A stretch of DNA of 53,242 nt from Nemertoderma westbladi (Eukaryota > Animalia > Xenacoelomorpha): assembly GCA_032718475.1 (NCBI GenBank), contig JAUCBJ010008090.1, forward strand, positions 1-53,242, given 5' to 3'. The notes below the pieces were generated by a model. That model ran no database searches, was not told where the DNA came from, and saw only the letters and a program-made list of their open reading frames with translations. Made by a program: the position numbers and the translations under genes. Positions 1 through 13,529 of the stretch are shown here, piece after piece; the stretch's first letter is position 1; each line of letters opens with the position of its first letter.

Positions 1-1069
1 AAAGTACTGAAGTACCAGTAGGCAGTAGATATACTGCCAGACTGCTGTGTATGAAAATATGGGATTGCCAGATGACAAAGTACAGAAGTGCTTATGTTAT
101 ATATTGAATACTTGACTTTCCATAGGCCTGTAGGCCTACATATATATAAGTATATAATATCACTTAAGGGTAACTTAGATCAACACTGTACAGTTTGACA
201 AAAGAAATCGGTGTCTATCCCCACTAAATCGATAAATGCAGTTCAGATGAGCATTATTCTTGATTGTGAGGTAATTTTAATTAGGGATGTATTCTTTTTA
301 ATGTGCAATATCTCGAGAAATAATCACTCTAATCTTGATCTTAATCGATCATCGCAGTTCTAATGAGTTAATTTAATTAACCTATGGGTATCAGGTATAT
401 ACCGGTACCAAAAGTGGGTCATTCAAATTTTTATATTCTTTTTATAATTTATTTTTATAATATATTTTTATATTCTTTTAATAATTTATTTTTATACTTA
501 TGATGGATTTTATATTCATGCCAACTATTGCTATTTGGCACAATACAAACGACGTTGGTGGACCCAGTAAACATAAAGAATTTTCAGTAGACCTAATGTT
601 TCATTAAAATGAACCCAATAGCAGAAGTACGTATGATTATGTGAATGTTTTCAAAATTATAGGGCAAATGATGCTGATGCACCATATTTGTTTAGGTTAA
701 TGGTTGGTTGGTTGGGTATATTAGTTACTGGTAAAATACTTATCATCAAGTATTCACTGTCGCTATATACACCAGATTTACCCTACTAAATTGGTGAATT
801 AAGAAAAATGGCAAACATGAATATCAATTATATATCACATTTATTATTATTTTATATAGTAAAGTTATCCGTTCCCCGGACGGAATCTTTGCTTATATTC
901 CTGCACTATGGGTGGGGTTATGCCGCCGTGCATGGGTTAAGACTGAATTGCATTATTTAACGGCTGTATTTTTAATTGGCTGGCAGTTTTACCAATCAAA
1001 AAGTGTCAAAATGTTACCACCGGTGTTCTAAAAATATCCATGGTGTGGTGAGTGGTGACTTTTTCTATA

Positions 1070-2012
1070 ACCCCGATTTGTGGTGCCAAAATTTAAAACC
1101 GGAATTTAATTAACACAAACCATGGTTTCATAGGTTTTAAAACCTTAGTTTGAGGGACAAACCGTGCTTTCTTAGGTTTTTAACCCTCGGTTTGAGAGAT
1201 TCTACGAATTTAAACCTTGATATTAAAATTTTGGAACACCATTTTATTATGGTACCTAAATATAAAACCGTAATTTAATTAACACAAACCATGGTTTCAT
1301 AGGTTTTAAAACCTTGGTTTGAGGGACAAACCGTGCTTTCTTAGGTTTTTAACCCTCGGTTTGAGAGATTCCACGAATTAAAATTTGGAACACCATTTTA
1401 TTATGGTAGCTAAATATAAAACCGTAATTTAATTAACACAAACCATGGTTTCATAGGTTTTAAAACCTTGGTTTGATGGACAAACCGTGCTGCCATAGGT
1501 TTTTAACCCTCAGTTTGAGAGATTCCACGAATTAAAACCTTGGTATTATAATTTGTAACCTCATTTTGTTATGGCGCCTAATTATAAAACCGTAATTTAA
1601 TTAATCAAACCATGGTGTTCTAGGTTTTAAAACCTTGGTTTAAGGGACAAACCATGCTTTCATAGGTTTTTTAAACCTCGGTTTGAGAGATTAGCCACGA
1701 AATATAACCTTGGTATTTTGATTTGTAACCCCATTCTGGTATGGTACCCAAATATAAAACCTTAATTTAATTAACTCAAACCATGGTTTCAGATACTTTA
1801 AAACCTTGTTTTTGAGAGATTAACCACCGTTATTTGCTTGGAAAACCGTCCTTGTAGATAGGATCATAATTAATGAAACAACGGTTCTATCTGTTACTTT
1901 AACCGCCGGTTTCTTAAAATAACCCCCGGTAGTTTTGGTGTAAAAATACCCGGGGTTATTTTAGAAAACCGGCGGATTTTTTAGTTAAAACTAAGGTTTA
2001 TCTTTTTCTGTG
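1070..2012. mobile_element. Putative non-autonomous CMC/EnSpm-like element (right end only) carrying an internal tandem array
   Basis: Ends TTTTTCTGTG|TA (reverse CACAGAAAAA plus TA), a terminus typical of animal CMC/EnSpm-like MITEs. Subterminal 29-bp inverted repeat at 1903-1931/1947-1975. Left terminus not found. Confidence 0.45.
1095..1825. repeat. Tandem array of ~155-170 bp units built from ~42-bp subunits
   Basis: AATTTAATTAA(C)ACAAACCATGG-like landmark recurs at ~1104, 1272, 1426, 1593 and 1764. Related AAACC..GG..TAGGTTTT..ACC.TGGTTTGAG subunits occur within each unit. Confidence 0.9.
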
Positions 2013-2392
2013 TAGTTATAACAATCTTGCGCACATCAAACCCATCTCCTAATTTGATTGATCAAATGATAGGAATATTAAAGAATACAATACAGTTAAA
2101 GGAATAAATTTATATAAAATATACATTACTCTAACAATAGAATAATTGTTGTAAAAATAACACAATAAAAATTTATTATTAATGTAAATTAATAACTTTT
2201 TAATTTTCAGATAAAAATTCATCAGTTGGACAATCAAAAACGTATGAATAACGAGCCCAAAAAGAAACGCCGACACGAGAATTATACAAACTACCATCAT
2301 TAACAGTATGCCACGATCTGAGGGCAGAGAAGTTTGAGGCTATACAATACACAAACTCTACATATCAGTTACTAAGTTTGTGCAGATATTAT

Positions 2393-3927
2393 CGGCTATA
2401 TTTCGGATAGAATTTGAAATATAACAAAAACATTGATTTTTTCAATAATCTTTTCCATCCATTATCCCTTTTAGATAAGATCTGGAATGTTTCCATTCTT
2501 TAAACTCCAAATTTTGCGTTTTTTTAACATTTAAATTATTAATTTAAATAAACTAGATATTTATCAACTTAATCTACGCTACATACTACAATTAAGGGTG
2601 ATGGACCAGCGTTAAATTTGGTTAGTTTTTAAAAATTTAAAGGGTAAATCTAAATACTAAATTTATATTTATTTACGTAGTGTAAACACTACAACAGCCG
2701 CGAGCGATAATTAATTCTCATACATTGCAACCAAATTCTGTACCACCATTAAATCTTTCTTTTTTTATACATCATTATAAAAGAAAACAAAAGTACTGCA
2801 AAATAAAATTTTATCACCACACCACTTATATCACCACACCTGCCTTCTCCAATCGTTGCACCCACTGCACTTATATCACCAGACCCAGTGCCATCTCCAA
2901 TCGTGGCACCCGATGCACTTATATCACAAGACCCAGTGCCATCTCCAATCATGGTACCTGGTGCACTTATATCACCAGACCCAGTGCCATCTCCAATCAT
3001 GGCACCCGCTGCACTTATATTACCAGATCCAGTGCCATCTCCTAGATCTTTTAGCGGTAGGTAGGCTTACTTGCACATTTATTTAACAAGGCTTTGGTGG
3101 AGCAAGTGGGTATCTTTTAGCAGTAGGTAGGCTTACTCACACATATATTTCATTATTAATTATAATTGAATATTTGCACAGTAAATTTAAGTAATTAAGT
3201 GAATGAAGGCCTACGTGTAAGAATGACACTAAAAAAGTGGCAGTGGAATAAGGGTAACATCAGTACAGATGTGAGGTGTGAAAGTACTATGAGCGCTATT
3301 AAAATTAAAATTGAACTACAAGATATGAGTTGTGAATCATACCAGTAACTACCGGGTTCACAACCCAAAGAGACTTAAATGAATGTGTGAAGTACCGGTA
3401 CATGCTTTAGATAGAAAGGTCAAAGTAGCAAAGGAACCAGCGGCCAAACCAAGGAGGTATCGTGTTTATATTCTTATTTTATCACCAGTTTTTAAATGCC
3501 TTTTTTTACCTGGTTTTTACTATTCATTTTTTCTTTATTACCTATAAAAGTTTTGACTTTCCTTTTTAATTACCATGATTTACTTGCCTTTTTTTACTGT
3601 TTCTAACTACCAAATCATTTTCTTCAATACCAGTTTTTAATTGCCTTTTTTTCGTATTGGTTTTTCTTTCCATTTTTTTTTAATATTGCCTGGACTATCG
3701 CTAAGCAGCCTTAAGTGCTGCTCCGATTCGCCTCAGATTATAAAAATATTATTCAATCTCTTGATAAATTGATATAATTATATATATATAGATTTTGTAG
3801 GTTTTGCAGCAGCAGAACCAGTACTGTGGCATTCCACATTTAGCGGTAGTAGTGTTGTGAAACCGGGATGAGAGTATCTGAAATACAGCAGGAGGTAGCT
3901 GTGAGCCGCGGCCAACTGCTAGTATTA
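2393..3927 (+). repeat. ~1.55-kb duplicated segment, copy 1
   Basis: Near-identical to 9457-11038, from CGGCTATATTTCGGATAG to CCAACTGCTAGTATTA. Confidence 0.95.
2815..3042. repeat. 48-bp minisatellite (TGCACTTATATCACCAGACCCAGTGCCATCTCCAATCGTGGCACCCGA-like)
   Basis: Visible tandem units. The second segment copy (~9880-10155) has one extra unit, shown by ORF lengths of 106 vs 122 aa (16 codons). Confidence 0.95.
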
Positions 3928-5790
3928 CTACTACTAGGATCGGCATGCTGCATTGCAGCTGCATTTTTAAGAATGCTGTGCCGGCTTGTCAACAAAATTG
4001 CACCGCCACAACTCCCTATCACCCATGACATTTGCTAGATAATCCGCATCTTTAAGGCCAGTGTCCTTTAAGATGCGTCTCAAGAAAGTCATGGGCTGTC
4101 CACCATGCTTATTCACTCCATGAGGCTGCCAAAGTACAAGATTATGCACTGGCTGGTCCTCACGGCGAAAGCAATGTCCTGCAAAGCGGAGGCGATTTTG
4201 TTCTAGTGTCAAGCTTGGGGGAACCAATGAGACACCTCCAATGTTATATAGTGTCTGGTTGGAGATGTGTGCATTATACTTGACACAATGAACCCGGCGT
4301 AGCATTCTTGTGAATGTGCCATCCAGAGATTTGGTGTCCTCAGCAGTTAGAGCCCAGCATGGACTCCCGTAGAGGAGTACTGGAACTACTGCTGCTCTAA
4401 ATAATCGGACCTTAAGTTTCCGATTAATTCTCGGTGACTTCCAAATCCTGGAAAGCCTATTCAATGCTGCCCATGCCTTTCCCTTACTTATTCGAAGGTC
4501 CTCACCTGACTTCCGGATCCATGATCCCAGGTAACAGAAGTCGTCCACATGCTCAAGCATACCATCCTTTGAGCTTATGCTCATCCGATCACAGACTTGC
4601 TGAGGACTTTCTAAGTTAACTGTCAGAATTTTGGTCTTTCTGGAGTTAATAAAAAGACCAACACTAGAAGCAGCATGTTCTAATGAGCTGAGGAGCCGTT
4701 GGGCTCCCTCTAATGATTCTGAGAGTACTCCTAAGTCATCAGCAAAGTCTAGATCAGTTAGGTACTTGGCAGGATTTCCTCGACTTCTGGAGCCAGTAGG
4801 TGGAGTTATCATCACCCCATCATCATTATAATGATCTAAGGACATGCGTAGAACATAGTCAACCACAATAATGAACAAGAATGGTGCAAGTGTGTCTCCT
4901 TGGAGGACGCCCCATAACACTTCAAATGGTTCTGTGTCACCGTCAACAGTAGACACAAATGTTGTCGAACCATCATATACTGATCTGATTGCTGCAATAA
5001 TTTCATCAGGAATCCCATATAATGAAAGTATGCTGAACATACGTGAGCGAGAGACTGAATCAAAGGCCTTGAAGAAGTCAACAAAGATAACAGCCAGATG
5101 CCTGTCTTTCTTTTTTGATAACTCTTCAATTATCCTTCTAAGTGCCAAAATGGGCTCCATGGTCCCACGACCTTTACGGAACCCATTCTGATTTCCACGG
5201 AGCAGTCTCTCAATGGGATCCCTGATGCGATTTAATAGAATCATATTGTATAGCTTTGCAGCAATCGAGATCAATGAGATTCCCCGAAAAGAACCATAGA
5301 GTGTTAGGTTGCCCTTCTTGGGAACTGGCACCAACTTATTTGTTTTCATTTCTTGTGGGACTCTTGTTGTTCGGTACATGTCTACTATGATGGGATAGAT
5401 GAGCTTTAAACACTCAGGTATTTTAAAGAGCTCAGGGGGAACACCATCTACTCCACTGGCACGATTGGTCTTAATGCTCTTTGCAGCAGCCTTCACTTCT
5501 GCAAAGGAGATATCGCCAATGGGAATATCTGGGAGTACAGACTCAGACACTTTTACTTCTATAAAGTTATCAGGCAATACCCTGTCATTATTGAGGAGCT
5601 TTTCAAAGTGGGCTTTCCAACCATTGAGGCGATCGGCTGGTGATTCAGCCTTAACCTTCCTTGGTGGTTGGTTGGCTTTTCCGCCCAGTAAGCAGATTGA
5701 TCGATTTCCATGCCTGGGATGATTGCCTGCTGTCATCAGCATCATTGATGGCATCAACCTGTTGGTTTATTATCTCCTGTCGAAGAAGGT
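3928..5790 (-). mobile_element. RTE-clade non-LTR retrotransposon, 3' portion with reverse transcriptase and (TAG)n tail
   Basis: RT motifs PKKG..FRGISL, NQNGFR, FVDFFKAFDSV, GVLQGDTLAPFLF and LDFADD, plus RTE-type C-terminus RLRFAGHC. Tail CTACTACTAG at 3928. An alternate frame upstream reads AWKSINLLTGRK, so there is a +1 frameshift at ~5678. Confidence 0.93.
3967..5680 (-). pseudogene. RTE reverse transcriptase ORF (RT intact; first ~25 aa of the called ORF are out of frame)
   Basis: ORF track 3967..5757 has a full RT motif set. The true frame shifts in the A-run at 5677-5680. Confidence 0.88.
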
Positions 5791-6059
5791 GATTCATGTG
5801 CTGGGCTTAACATTAGTATCAACCAATCCAAAAATAGATCAGGTATTATTAGAAGTACAGTTCCATTGATAAATGCTAGTGCACAAACAGATCCAATCAA
5901 AATTACAAAGCCAGCTATTAGAAATTAATTAATTAAGTCGACATTAATAATTCAAAAATCTTCCCAGTAACAATCTTTTTCCGCTTAAAATCAGAAGTTA
6001 CCTTTCCAGCACCACTAGATACTAGAGTTGCGGAGAGTAATAGTACAGAAGATTGTACA

Positions 6060-6281
6060 TAACGTGTCTCTACATATCTTGTAGAGAGCTCCTGTACTTC
6101 CTACGAAACAGAATATGGTCTATCTGAGACTTGTGACCACTGGTTCCACTATGAGTCCATAGCTTTCCAGTTCGCTTCTTGAACTGGGTTCCAGCCGAAA
6201 ACAATCCATTTCCAGAGATAAAATCCTGAAGATGGACGGAATTTCGGTTGACACTATTGCTATAGACCCAGGGCAATGTAG
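6060..6281 (-). pseudogene. Fragment of RTE AP-like endonuclease (C-terminal part)
   Basis: NRNSVHLQDF..NGL...TQFKKRTGKLWT....KSQIDHILFRRKYRSS matches the end of RTE APE domains. Same strand as, and upstream of, the RT. Confidence 0.8.
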
Positions 6282-6660
6282 CCCAGTAAAAAATCCGCAT
6301 TCGTAACGCATGCGGTGGCGCATATTTCACGCATTCATAACGCATTCTGAAATGTTACATAGATGAACCATGCGATACGAATGCGAAAACCGAACCAATA
6401 CGCATCATTTATTCGCATATCCAATGTAATACGAACCTTATTCGAATCCCGCACATTCTACGAATGCGTCGGCCGAATGCTATAGGAATCCCACACATTA
6501 TACGAATGCGTTCCGAATGTTATATGAATGCGTTCCGAATGTTATACGAATGCGTTCCGAATGTTATACGAATGCGTTCCGAATGTTATACGAATGCGTT
6601 CCGAATGTTATACGAATGCGTTCCGAATGTTATACGAAGGCATTCCGAATGTTATACGAA
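6282..6660. repeat. Element starting CCCAGTAAAAA with a 22-bp tandem array (TTATACGAATGCGTTCCGAATG) at 6498-6660
   Basis: About 7 direct units visible, with degenerate inverted CGCATTCG motifs upstream. CCCAG terminus resembles CMC-type MITEs; the other end was not found. Confidence 0.75.
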
Positions 6661-7071
6661 ACCAAAACCAAAAACCATTCATTTCGATATGTATTCAGTG
6701 ATATCTGGAGCTGTATTCTTAAGTATCTCACTAGCCAAAGGTAGTTAGTTATTACACATTTTAAATAAAAAAAGTTTACCTAACTCAATACCAAGTTGGT
6801 GCCATTTTGGCGGATGACCAATGGCTAGTGAGATAAAATAGTATAGCACAATAATTCTGAAAATATTTATTAATTTTAAATAATTTATTAGGAAGTAGTT
6901 ATAGGCGAGTAGATCGGCTAAGACTTAAAACTTTCTATATCCAGTTTCTGTCCGATTCATCAAAATCGAAAATGACAATTTATTTTCAAGTTTACATGTC
7001 TCTTTCGTGATACCTTTTCGCTGACTAATGGAAATGCATGTTAGTTCTTGCCCACCCGTAAAGTTACCTAA

Positions 7072-7532
7072 GGGGGCGTTCATAAAGTATGTCACGCACT
7101 AGGGGGGGGGGGGGGGGGATCGAGCTTGCGTGACATTTTGTGACAGGGGGGGGGGGGGGGGGGGGGTTGACTGTTGTGACGGTCACGGCGATGTTCTACG
7201 GTATGCTTTAATGTTAGCTTGACTTTGACTAACACATTTGTAGATGAGTGGGAAACTTTAAGGGAAAAAACAATAAACTCAATAACATTGGATTTAATCC
7301 CTAACATTAACAGGCACCCCTGTCTAATCTGCCTTGTACATGTACAGTACTGTAGTTTGAAGCTGCTAAAGTATGTAGGGGGCCTACTTCAGTCAAAATG
7401 TTTCACTTTATATTGTGCTTTCTAACTGTTATTAAATTAGGGTCGAGCTTGCGTGACACTTTGTGACAAAGGGAGGGGGGGGGGGGGTCAAAAAACTAGA
7501 AAATTTGCGTGACATACTTTATTAACGCCCCC
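7072..7532. mobile_element. PIF/Harbinger-like MITE
   Basis: TIRs GGGGGCGTTCATAAAGTATGTCACGCA / TGCGTGACATACTTTATTAACGCCCCC, flanked by TAA on both sides (7069-7071 and 7533-7535). Confidence 0.88.
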
Positions 7533-8440
7533 TAACGACTTACTTGTGCGCATACAGCTAGAACATAGTATCAGAACTTTGAAAAAAAAAATAGAACAAT
7601 TTTCAACAATTTTAATTCATCGAGACCAGATATTTATTCACCGAGATGAGATTTATTTTCAATAAAAATAGTCATATCAAAATATCAAAAATGAGTTTAA
7701 ATTGGTGAGTTCGGTGGCATTTGAAATATTAAAAAATTACAGAATTTAACTATAAATAGACAGAAATATTAGATATAAAAGGTTTTAAGTTTTAACATTT
7801 AATCGGTTAAGTTCTTTCAAAATACAATTAGTATTCGTGGTAACAATATTATTATTTATTAAATTATTATAATTCAACAATTATATAAAATAATTAAATT
7901 CAAAAGTTACACAAGTTACAATTCAATTGTTACAATAAATTCAGTGAACTGATTAATTTTAGATTCAACAAAATAAATCAAACAAGATCAATCAGACAAG
8001 ATAAATCCAACAAAATACAACTTCCAAGAAAATAACTTTCAATAAACAACACAGTTACAACCTATGCTCAAAGTTTATTATCAAACAAGAAGCATAAATG
8101 TTTTCTAGGATAAGTTTAGGATAAATACATTATTAAGCAATACCGAAATCTCATCAGTCGGATTGATGAGTGGCTGATGAGATTCGCTTAATGACGCCAA
8201 TATATCATCAAGTGCCGCACATTGATTTTCGGTCAGTTGGAGGTTTCGGTCTGTGGGAGGGTTTATACCTGCATAAGACAAAAATAACATATTTTAATAA
8301 TTCGAGCAACATGTCCCGAATTCGCATTAGGGCACAGAAACTGACGGATCGTCGCGAATTTCGCAAACGTAGGAAATTTTTTTCTTATGTAATCTACATG
8401 CATCGTAAACGTCGAGATTTAAAAAAAATGTTGACTCGTT

Positions 8441-9222
8441 AAGCAAAAGGGTCCCAAATAAGTTTTTTAACATTTATTTTTTTGTGTTTTTGAGTAATTT
8501 TTTAGATTGGTGAATGTTCTAGAACCTTAGTACTAGTAGATGTTTTTATGTGGTAACTAGTGTTTTTTTTTACCAGCTAGTATTTTTTGAAAATTATTTT
8601 GGTCATTAATATATTCAGCAACAGTTTAAACCTGAAATATCCATATTTTCAAATTTTTTTATATATTCAAAAAATACTCGGTAGCAAAAAATACTAGATT
8701 CACATTCACATTCACCAATACCAAAGAAGCATTAAAAAAAAACTAAAAATTGAGTGGTGAAAGTGATAGGGGTGTCGACAGGGCGAAGTAGGGATCCTTT
8801 GGCTTAAGGAGTGTCCAATATTTTGACACTTGTCAAGCAAAAGGGTCACAAAAAGAGATTTTTTCTAATGCAAATTTTATACTTGGAAATACCTTATAAA
8901 TTGATTCTAGCATGTTTTATTACTGTTCTAGAAAATTAGTAGATATGTTTTTTTTTATGGTAGCTAGTGTTTTTTGACTAGCTAGTATTTATTGAAATTA
9001 TAAAAATGTGAAAACATTGATATTCCAGGTTTAAACTACAACAGGTTAACCAACTGTTTATATTACTTTTTTAATTTTCAAAACTTACTAGCTCGTAAAA
9101 AATCCAAAATATAAACATCTACGAATTTTCTAGAACATTCACCAATACCAAAAAAGTATTAAAAAAAACTGGTGAAAAAATGGCAGGGGTGTCGACAGGG
9201 CGAAGTAGGGACCCTTTTGCTT
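8441..9222. repeat. Two tandem foldback-like units with inverted ends
   Basis: AAGCAAAAGGGTC(C/A)C at 8441 and ~8835, with inverted GGGA(T/C)CC(T)TT(T/G)GCTT at ~8790 and 9208-9222. Internal TGGTGAATGTTCTAGAAC (8508) / TTCTAGAACATTCACCA (9128-9144). Confidence 0.75.
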
Positions 9223-9456
9223 TACTAGTGCCAATATTTTTACCTACCGGTAACAAAAAATTCCCGGCGTTTGTGAAATCCGTGAAAATCGTGCACCTAC
9301 GTTATAACAATTAGAGACAGGGAAGGGGGGGGGGGGGGGGGGGGCTGGACGCAAAACCCGCCTTGGCGAATTAATATCCCGCCTCAATGTTAAATTCTCA
9401 ATTTAGGGAAAAGAGAAGGAAGCGAAATATAGCGAAATTGGAGAAGGCTATAAAAA

Positions 9457-11038
9457 CGGCTATATTTCGGATAGAATTTGAAATATAACAAAAACATTGA
9501 TTTTTTCAATAATCTATTCCATCCATTATCCCTTTTAGATAAGATCTGGAATGTTTCCATTCTTTAAACTCCAAATTTTGCGTTTTTTTAACATTTAAAG
9601 TATTAATTTAAATAAACTAGATATTTATCAACTTAATCTACGCGACATACTACAATTAAGGGTGATGGACCAGCGAAAAATTTGGTTAGTTTTTAAAAAT
9701 TTAAAGGGTAAATCTAAATACTAAATTTATATTTATTTACGTAGTGTAAACACTACAACAGCTGCGAGCGATAATTAATTCTCATACATTGCAACCAAAT
9801 TCTGTACCACCATTAAATCTTTCTTTTTTTATACATCATTATAAAAGAAAACAAAAGTACTGCAAAATAAAATTTTATCACCACACCACTTATATCACCA
9901 CACCTGCCTTCTCCAATCGTTGCACCCACTGCACTTATATCACCAGACCCAGTGCCATCTCCAATCGTGGCACCCGATGCACTTATATCACAAGACCAAG
10001 TGCCATCTCCAATCATGGTACCTGGTGCACTTATTTCACAAGACCCAGTGCCATCTCCAATCATGGCACCCGCGGTACTTATATCACCAGACCCAGTGCC
10101 ATCTCCAATCATGGCACCCGCTGCACTTATATTACCAGATCCAGTGCCATCTCCTAGATCTTTTAGCGGTAGGTAGGCTTACTTGCACATTTATTTAACA
10201 AGGCTTTGGTGGAGCAAGTGGGTATCTTTTAGCAGTAGGTAGGCTTACTCACACATATATTTCATTATTAATTATAATTGAATATTTGCACAGTAAATTT
10301 AAGTAATTAAGTGAATGAAGGCCTACGTGTAAGAATGACACTAAAAAAGTGGCACAGTGGAATAAGAGTAACATCAGTACAGTATGTGAGGTGTGAAAGT
10401 ACTATGAGCGCTATTAAAATTAAAATTGAACTACAAGATACGAGTTGTGAATCATACCAGTAACTACCGGGTTCACAACCCAAAGAGACTTAAATGAATG
10501 TGTGAAGTACCGGTACATGGTTTAGATAGAAAGGTCAAAGTAGCAAAGGAACCAGCGGCCAAACCAAGGAGGTATCGTGTTTACATTCTTATTTTATCAC
10601 CAGTTTTTAAATGCCTTTTTTTACCTGGTTTTTACTATTCATTTTTTCTTTATTACCTATAAAAGTTTTGACTTTCCTTTTTAATTACCATGATTTACTT
10701 GCCTTTTTTTACTGTTTTTTACTACCAAATCTTTTTCTTCAATACCAGTTTTTAATTGCCTTTTTTTCGTATTGGTTTTTCTTTCCATTTTTTTTTTTAA
10801 TAATACCTGGACTATCGCTAAGCAGCCTTAAGTGCTGCTCCGATTCGCCTCAGATTATAAAAATATTATTTAATCTCTTGATTGATATAATTATATATAT
10901 AGATTTTGTAGGTTTTGCAGCAGCAGAACCAGTACTGTGGCATTCCACATTTAGCGGTAGTAGTGTTGTGAAACCAGGATGAGAGTATCTGAAATACAGT
11001 AGGAGGTAGCTGTGAGCCGCGGCCAACTGCTAGTATTA
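9457..11038 (+). repeat. ~1.58-kb duplicated segment, copy 2
   Basis: Near-identical to 2393-3927, with one extra 48-bp unit. Not followed by the RTE. Confidence 0.95.
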
Positions 11039-11765
11039 TAGTACTATTGTAGTATTAATTAGTATATACTATTGCTGCTGTAGTATTACTACAGCTAGCG
11101 TTACTTGCAATTTAGCTATAATATATATTTGTATTAGTATATAGTACTATAGCTATCGTACTGTAGCTATGTTAAATCATGGAAACCGGGCATTAGTTGT
11201 TGATTTATTAGATTAATTTAAAGTACCACCATACCACTACCTGGGTGGTTGGGTGCCTTCCAGTGCACAATTCCACTGCTTCCAAACCACAGAACCAATA
11301 CTGGTGGCCTAACAGCCTAAGTATTGGCCTATCATGTACTGAACTGATATAGCATAGAAGCAACAGGTAGACAGGCCTATGTTTACAAAGTACTTATGCT
11401 TACACCTAAAATCAAAGCAATTAATTAATATAAATATACGGTTATTATTATTGTTATTGTTTATTGACAATTCTATTATTGTAGAGTTAATATACATACC
11501 ATAATACACAAATCAAAAAATATAAATACAAATTTAAAGTTCAATTATGGGCACAGTAGTCACCAGTTTAAATTCTAGAATAGTCCAATACTCAATCATA
11601 TATAATTATATAGTATTCAATAATACACAGAAGTAATTAAACGATATTTCATGCATATATATCCAAAAGTATGTTACAGTATGCTACATTTGCTACCTGC
11701 CTTGCCTTGCCTTGCTGAGATAGGCCTAAAAACAAATATGAAGAAAAGTGCGATTGATCTACATT

Positions 11766-13209
11766 TGTGATAGTACGTCTCATAGGCTGCCTCATCCTGG
11801 GGATATTGGTTGAGTTGATTTGGGATATTGTGCAGAGCTCTATTGTGGACCCAGATGGAAATGTGTCACTCTATTGTTAGGCTTACCGCTAACAGCCTGT
11901 ATTCACTTAACAGCCTATTGTTAGGCTTACCGCTATACCGCTATACCGATACGCCATTTTTTTCGTCCTCGGGTTACCTATCATATTTTGGGTAGTGAGT
12001 TGTACATATTATTTATATTTTTGTATAATATTACTTTTTACGATCGACCTATAATAACGAGATATGTGATATATTATATGTATGTATTGTATGTACGACG
12101 TACTAACAGTACCGATAGTAGTTTGGCTCATTATTGGCATTATAGCGGTGTGGTTAATTGTTGTTAGTTATGTTGGTTGTTATTTGCTTTAGCCTAAAGC
12201 TACGCGGTACGGTTACCGGTATTGATTACCCCGTTGATTGATATCACGATATTGTTATTTATTCGTATTTATGCAATAATACGGTTACTGTATGTAAAAT
12301 GTATATTGATTAAGTTTAAGCAACTGTGTGCAGATATTATATTTATTGATAGGTATATTGATATCAGCTCAGCATAGGAGTAACTTTGGCTTGTAAGCTA
12401 TGTAACTGTTTTGTATAGTTACAATTGCAAGGGATTTATATAGGTGCATTTGCTGGTCGTAACCTGCAGTACTTATGTATTTGTTACACATTGTGTGTAG
12501 GTAGATGATATAACCTGTGTAGGTAGATGATATAACCGAGCCTAGATGGTATATGAGCGGCTTTACTTTCACTTTAGGATTTTACTCCTTTGAGCTACGC
12601 CTACTGTTTTCATTATATTACTGCAATATCGTTTATATGGTTTAGCTTGATATATATACTGTATGTAGCTATTTGTTAGATATATTTTTTTCCGGTAACG
12701 TACAAATATGTTTGAGGGGGGGATATGATAGCTCGAGGACGATACTTTTTAAGGAGGGGGGAGATGTGATAGTACGTCTCATAGGCTGCCTCATCCTGGG
12801 GATATTGGTTGAGTTGATTTGGGATATTGTGCAGAGCTCTATTGTGGACCCAGATGGAAATGTGTCACTCTATTGTTAGGCTTACCGCTAACAGCCTGTA
12901 TTCACTTAACAGCCTATTGTTAGGCTTACCACTAACAGCCTGTATTCACTTAACAGGTAAAACAGCTGTGGTTTACATCTATTTGGAGCTCTGTGCACAG
13001 GGTTTGATATAGGCAGTACTATACCGAGAGTGTAGAGTCCGAGGTTGTGGGTTGGTGTAGGTTTTGTTTTTGTATTTATGTAGTATTTCTGTATGTATTG
13101 TCGCTGATACTTTTAGCAAATGAAAATAAAGTCTGTAACTTTAAGAAATTGTATATTTACGACGAACCATATCGACCCTGAATCCCGGGACCTGGGGTGA
13201 ACTCTCACA
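11766..13209 (+). mobile_element. Internally deleted Ty3/Gypsy-like LTR retrotransposon
   Basis: TGTGA start at 11766 and TCACA end at 13209, flanked by CATT on both sides. The 5' LTR remnant (11766-~11935) matches the start of the 3' LTR. PPT AAGGAGGGGGGAGA lies directly before the 3' LTR. No coding remnant seen. Confidence 0.88.
12765..13209 (+). repeat. 3' LTR (445 bp)
   Basis: TGTGA...TCACA ends, preceded by PPT, AATAAA at ~13125. Confidence 0.85.
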
Positions 13210-13529
13210 CATTCAGACCATTAGCTATATATATAAAATAACGCAATACCCAGACCCAGAACAGTAATAATGTAAAGAATATTGTTGTTGGTTTGCTTAT
13301 AGGCAGTGCAGGCATAACAGGTAACCAAATGATAGCCAATAGTTTAGCCAATCAATGAAGGGTGCTGGAAAAGCTATCTGCTGGTGAGTCATTAGTAGCA
13401 GAGTGGAATTATTTGCTGTAACCATCGAAATTCATAGGCTCTTCATGAAGGTAGAGAAGTTAACTAATATTGGTTAGATGTAATACAACAGGTTCTATAG
13501 GGAGATAGTATAGAACACATTAGTTTGGT

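Noticed and set aside
2725-3086. Repetitive Cys/His or Gly-rich proteins, also at 9789-10198
   Set aside because: A 48-bp minisatellite is open in several frames on both strands, with no splice or start context supporting a gene.
5681-5757. Called N-terminus MMPSMMLM of the RT ORF
   Set aside because: The alternate frame matches the RTE consensus (AWKSINLLTGRK), so this is a frameshift artefact.
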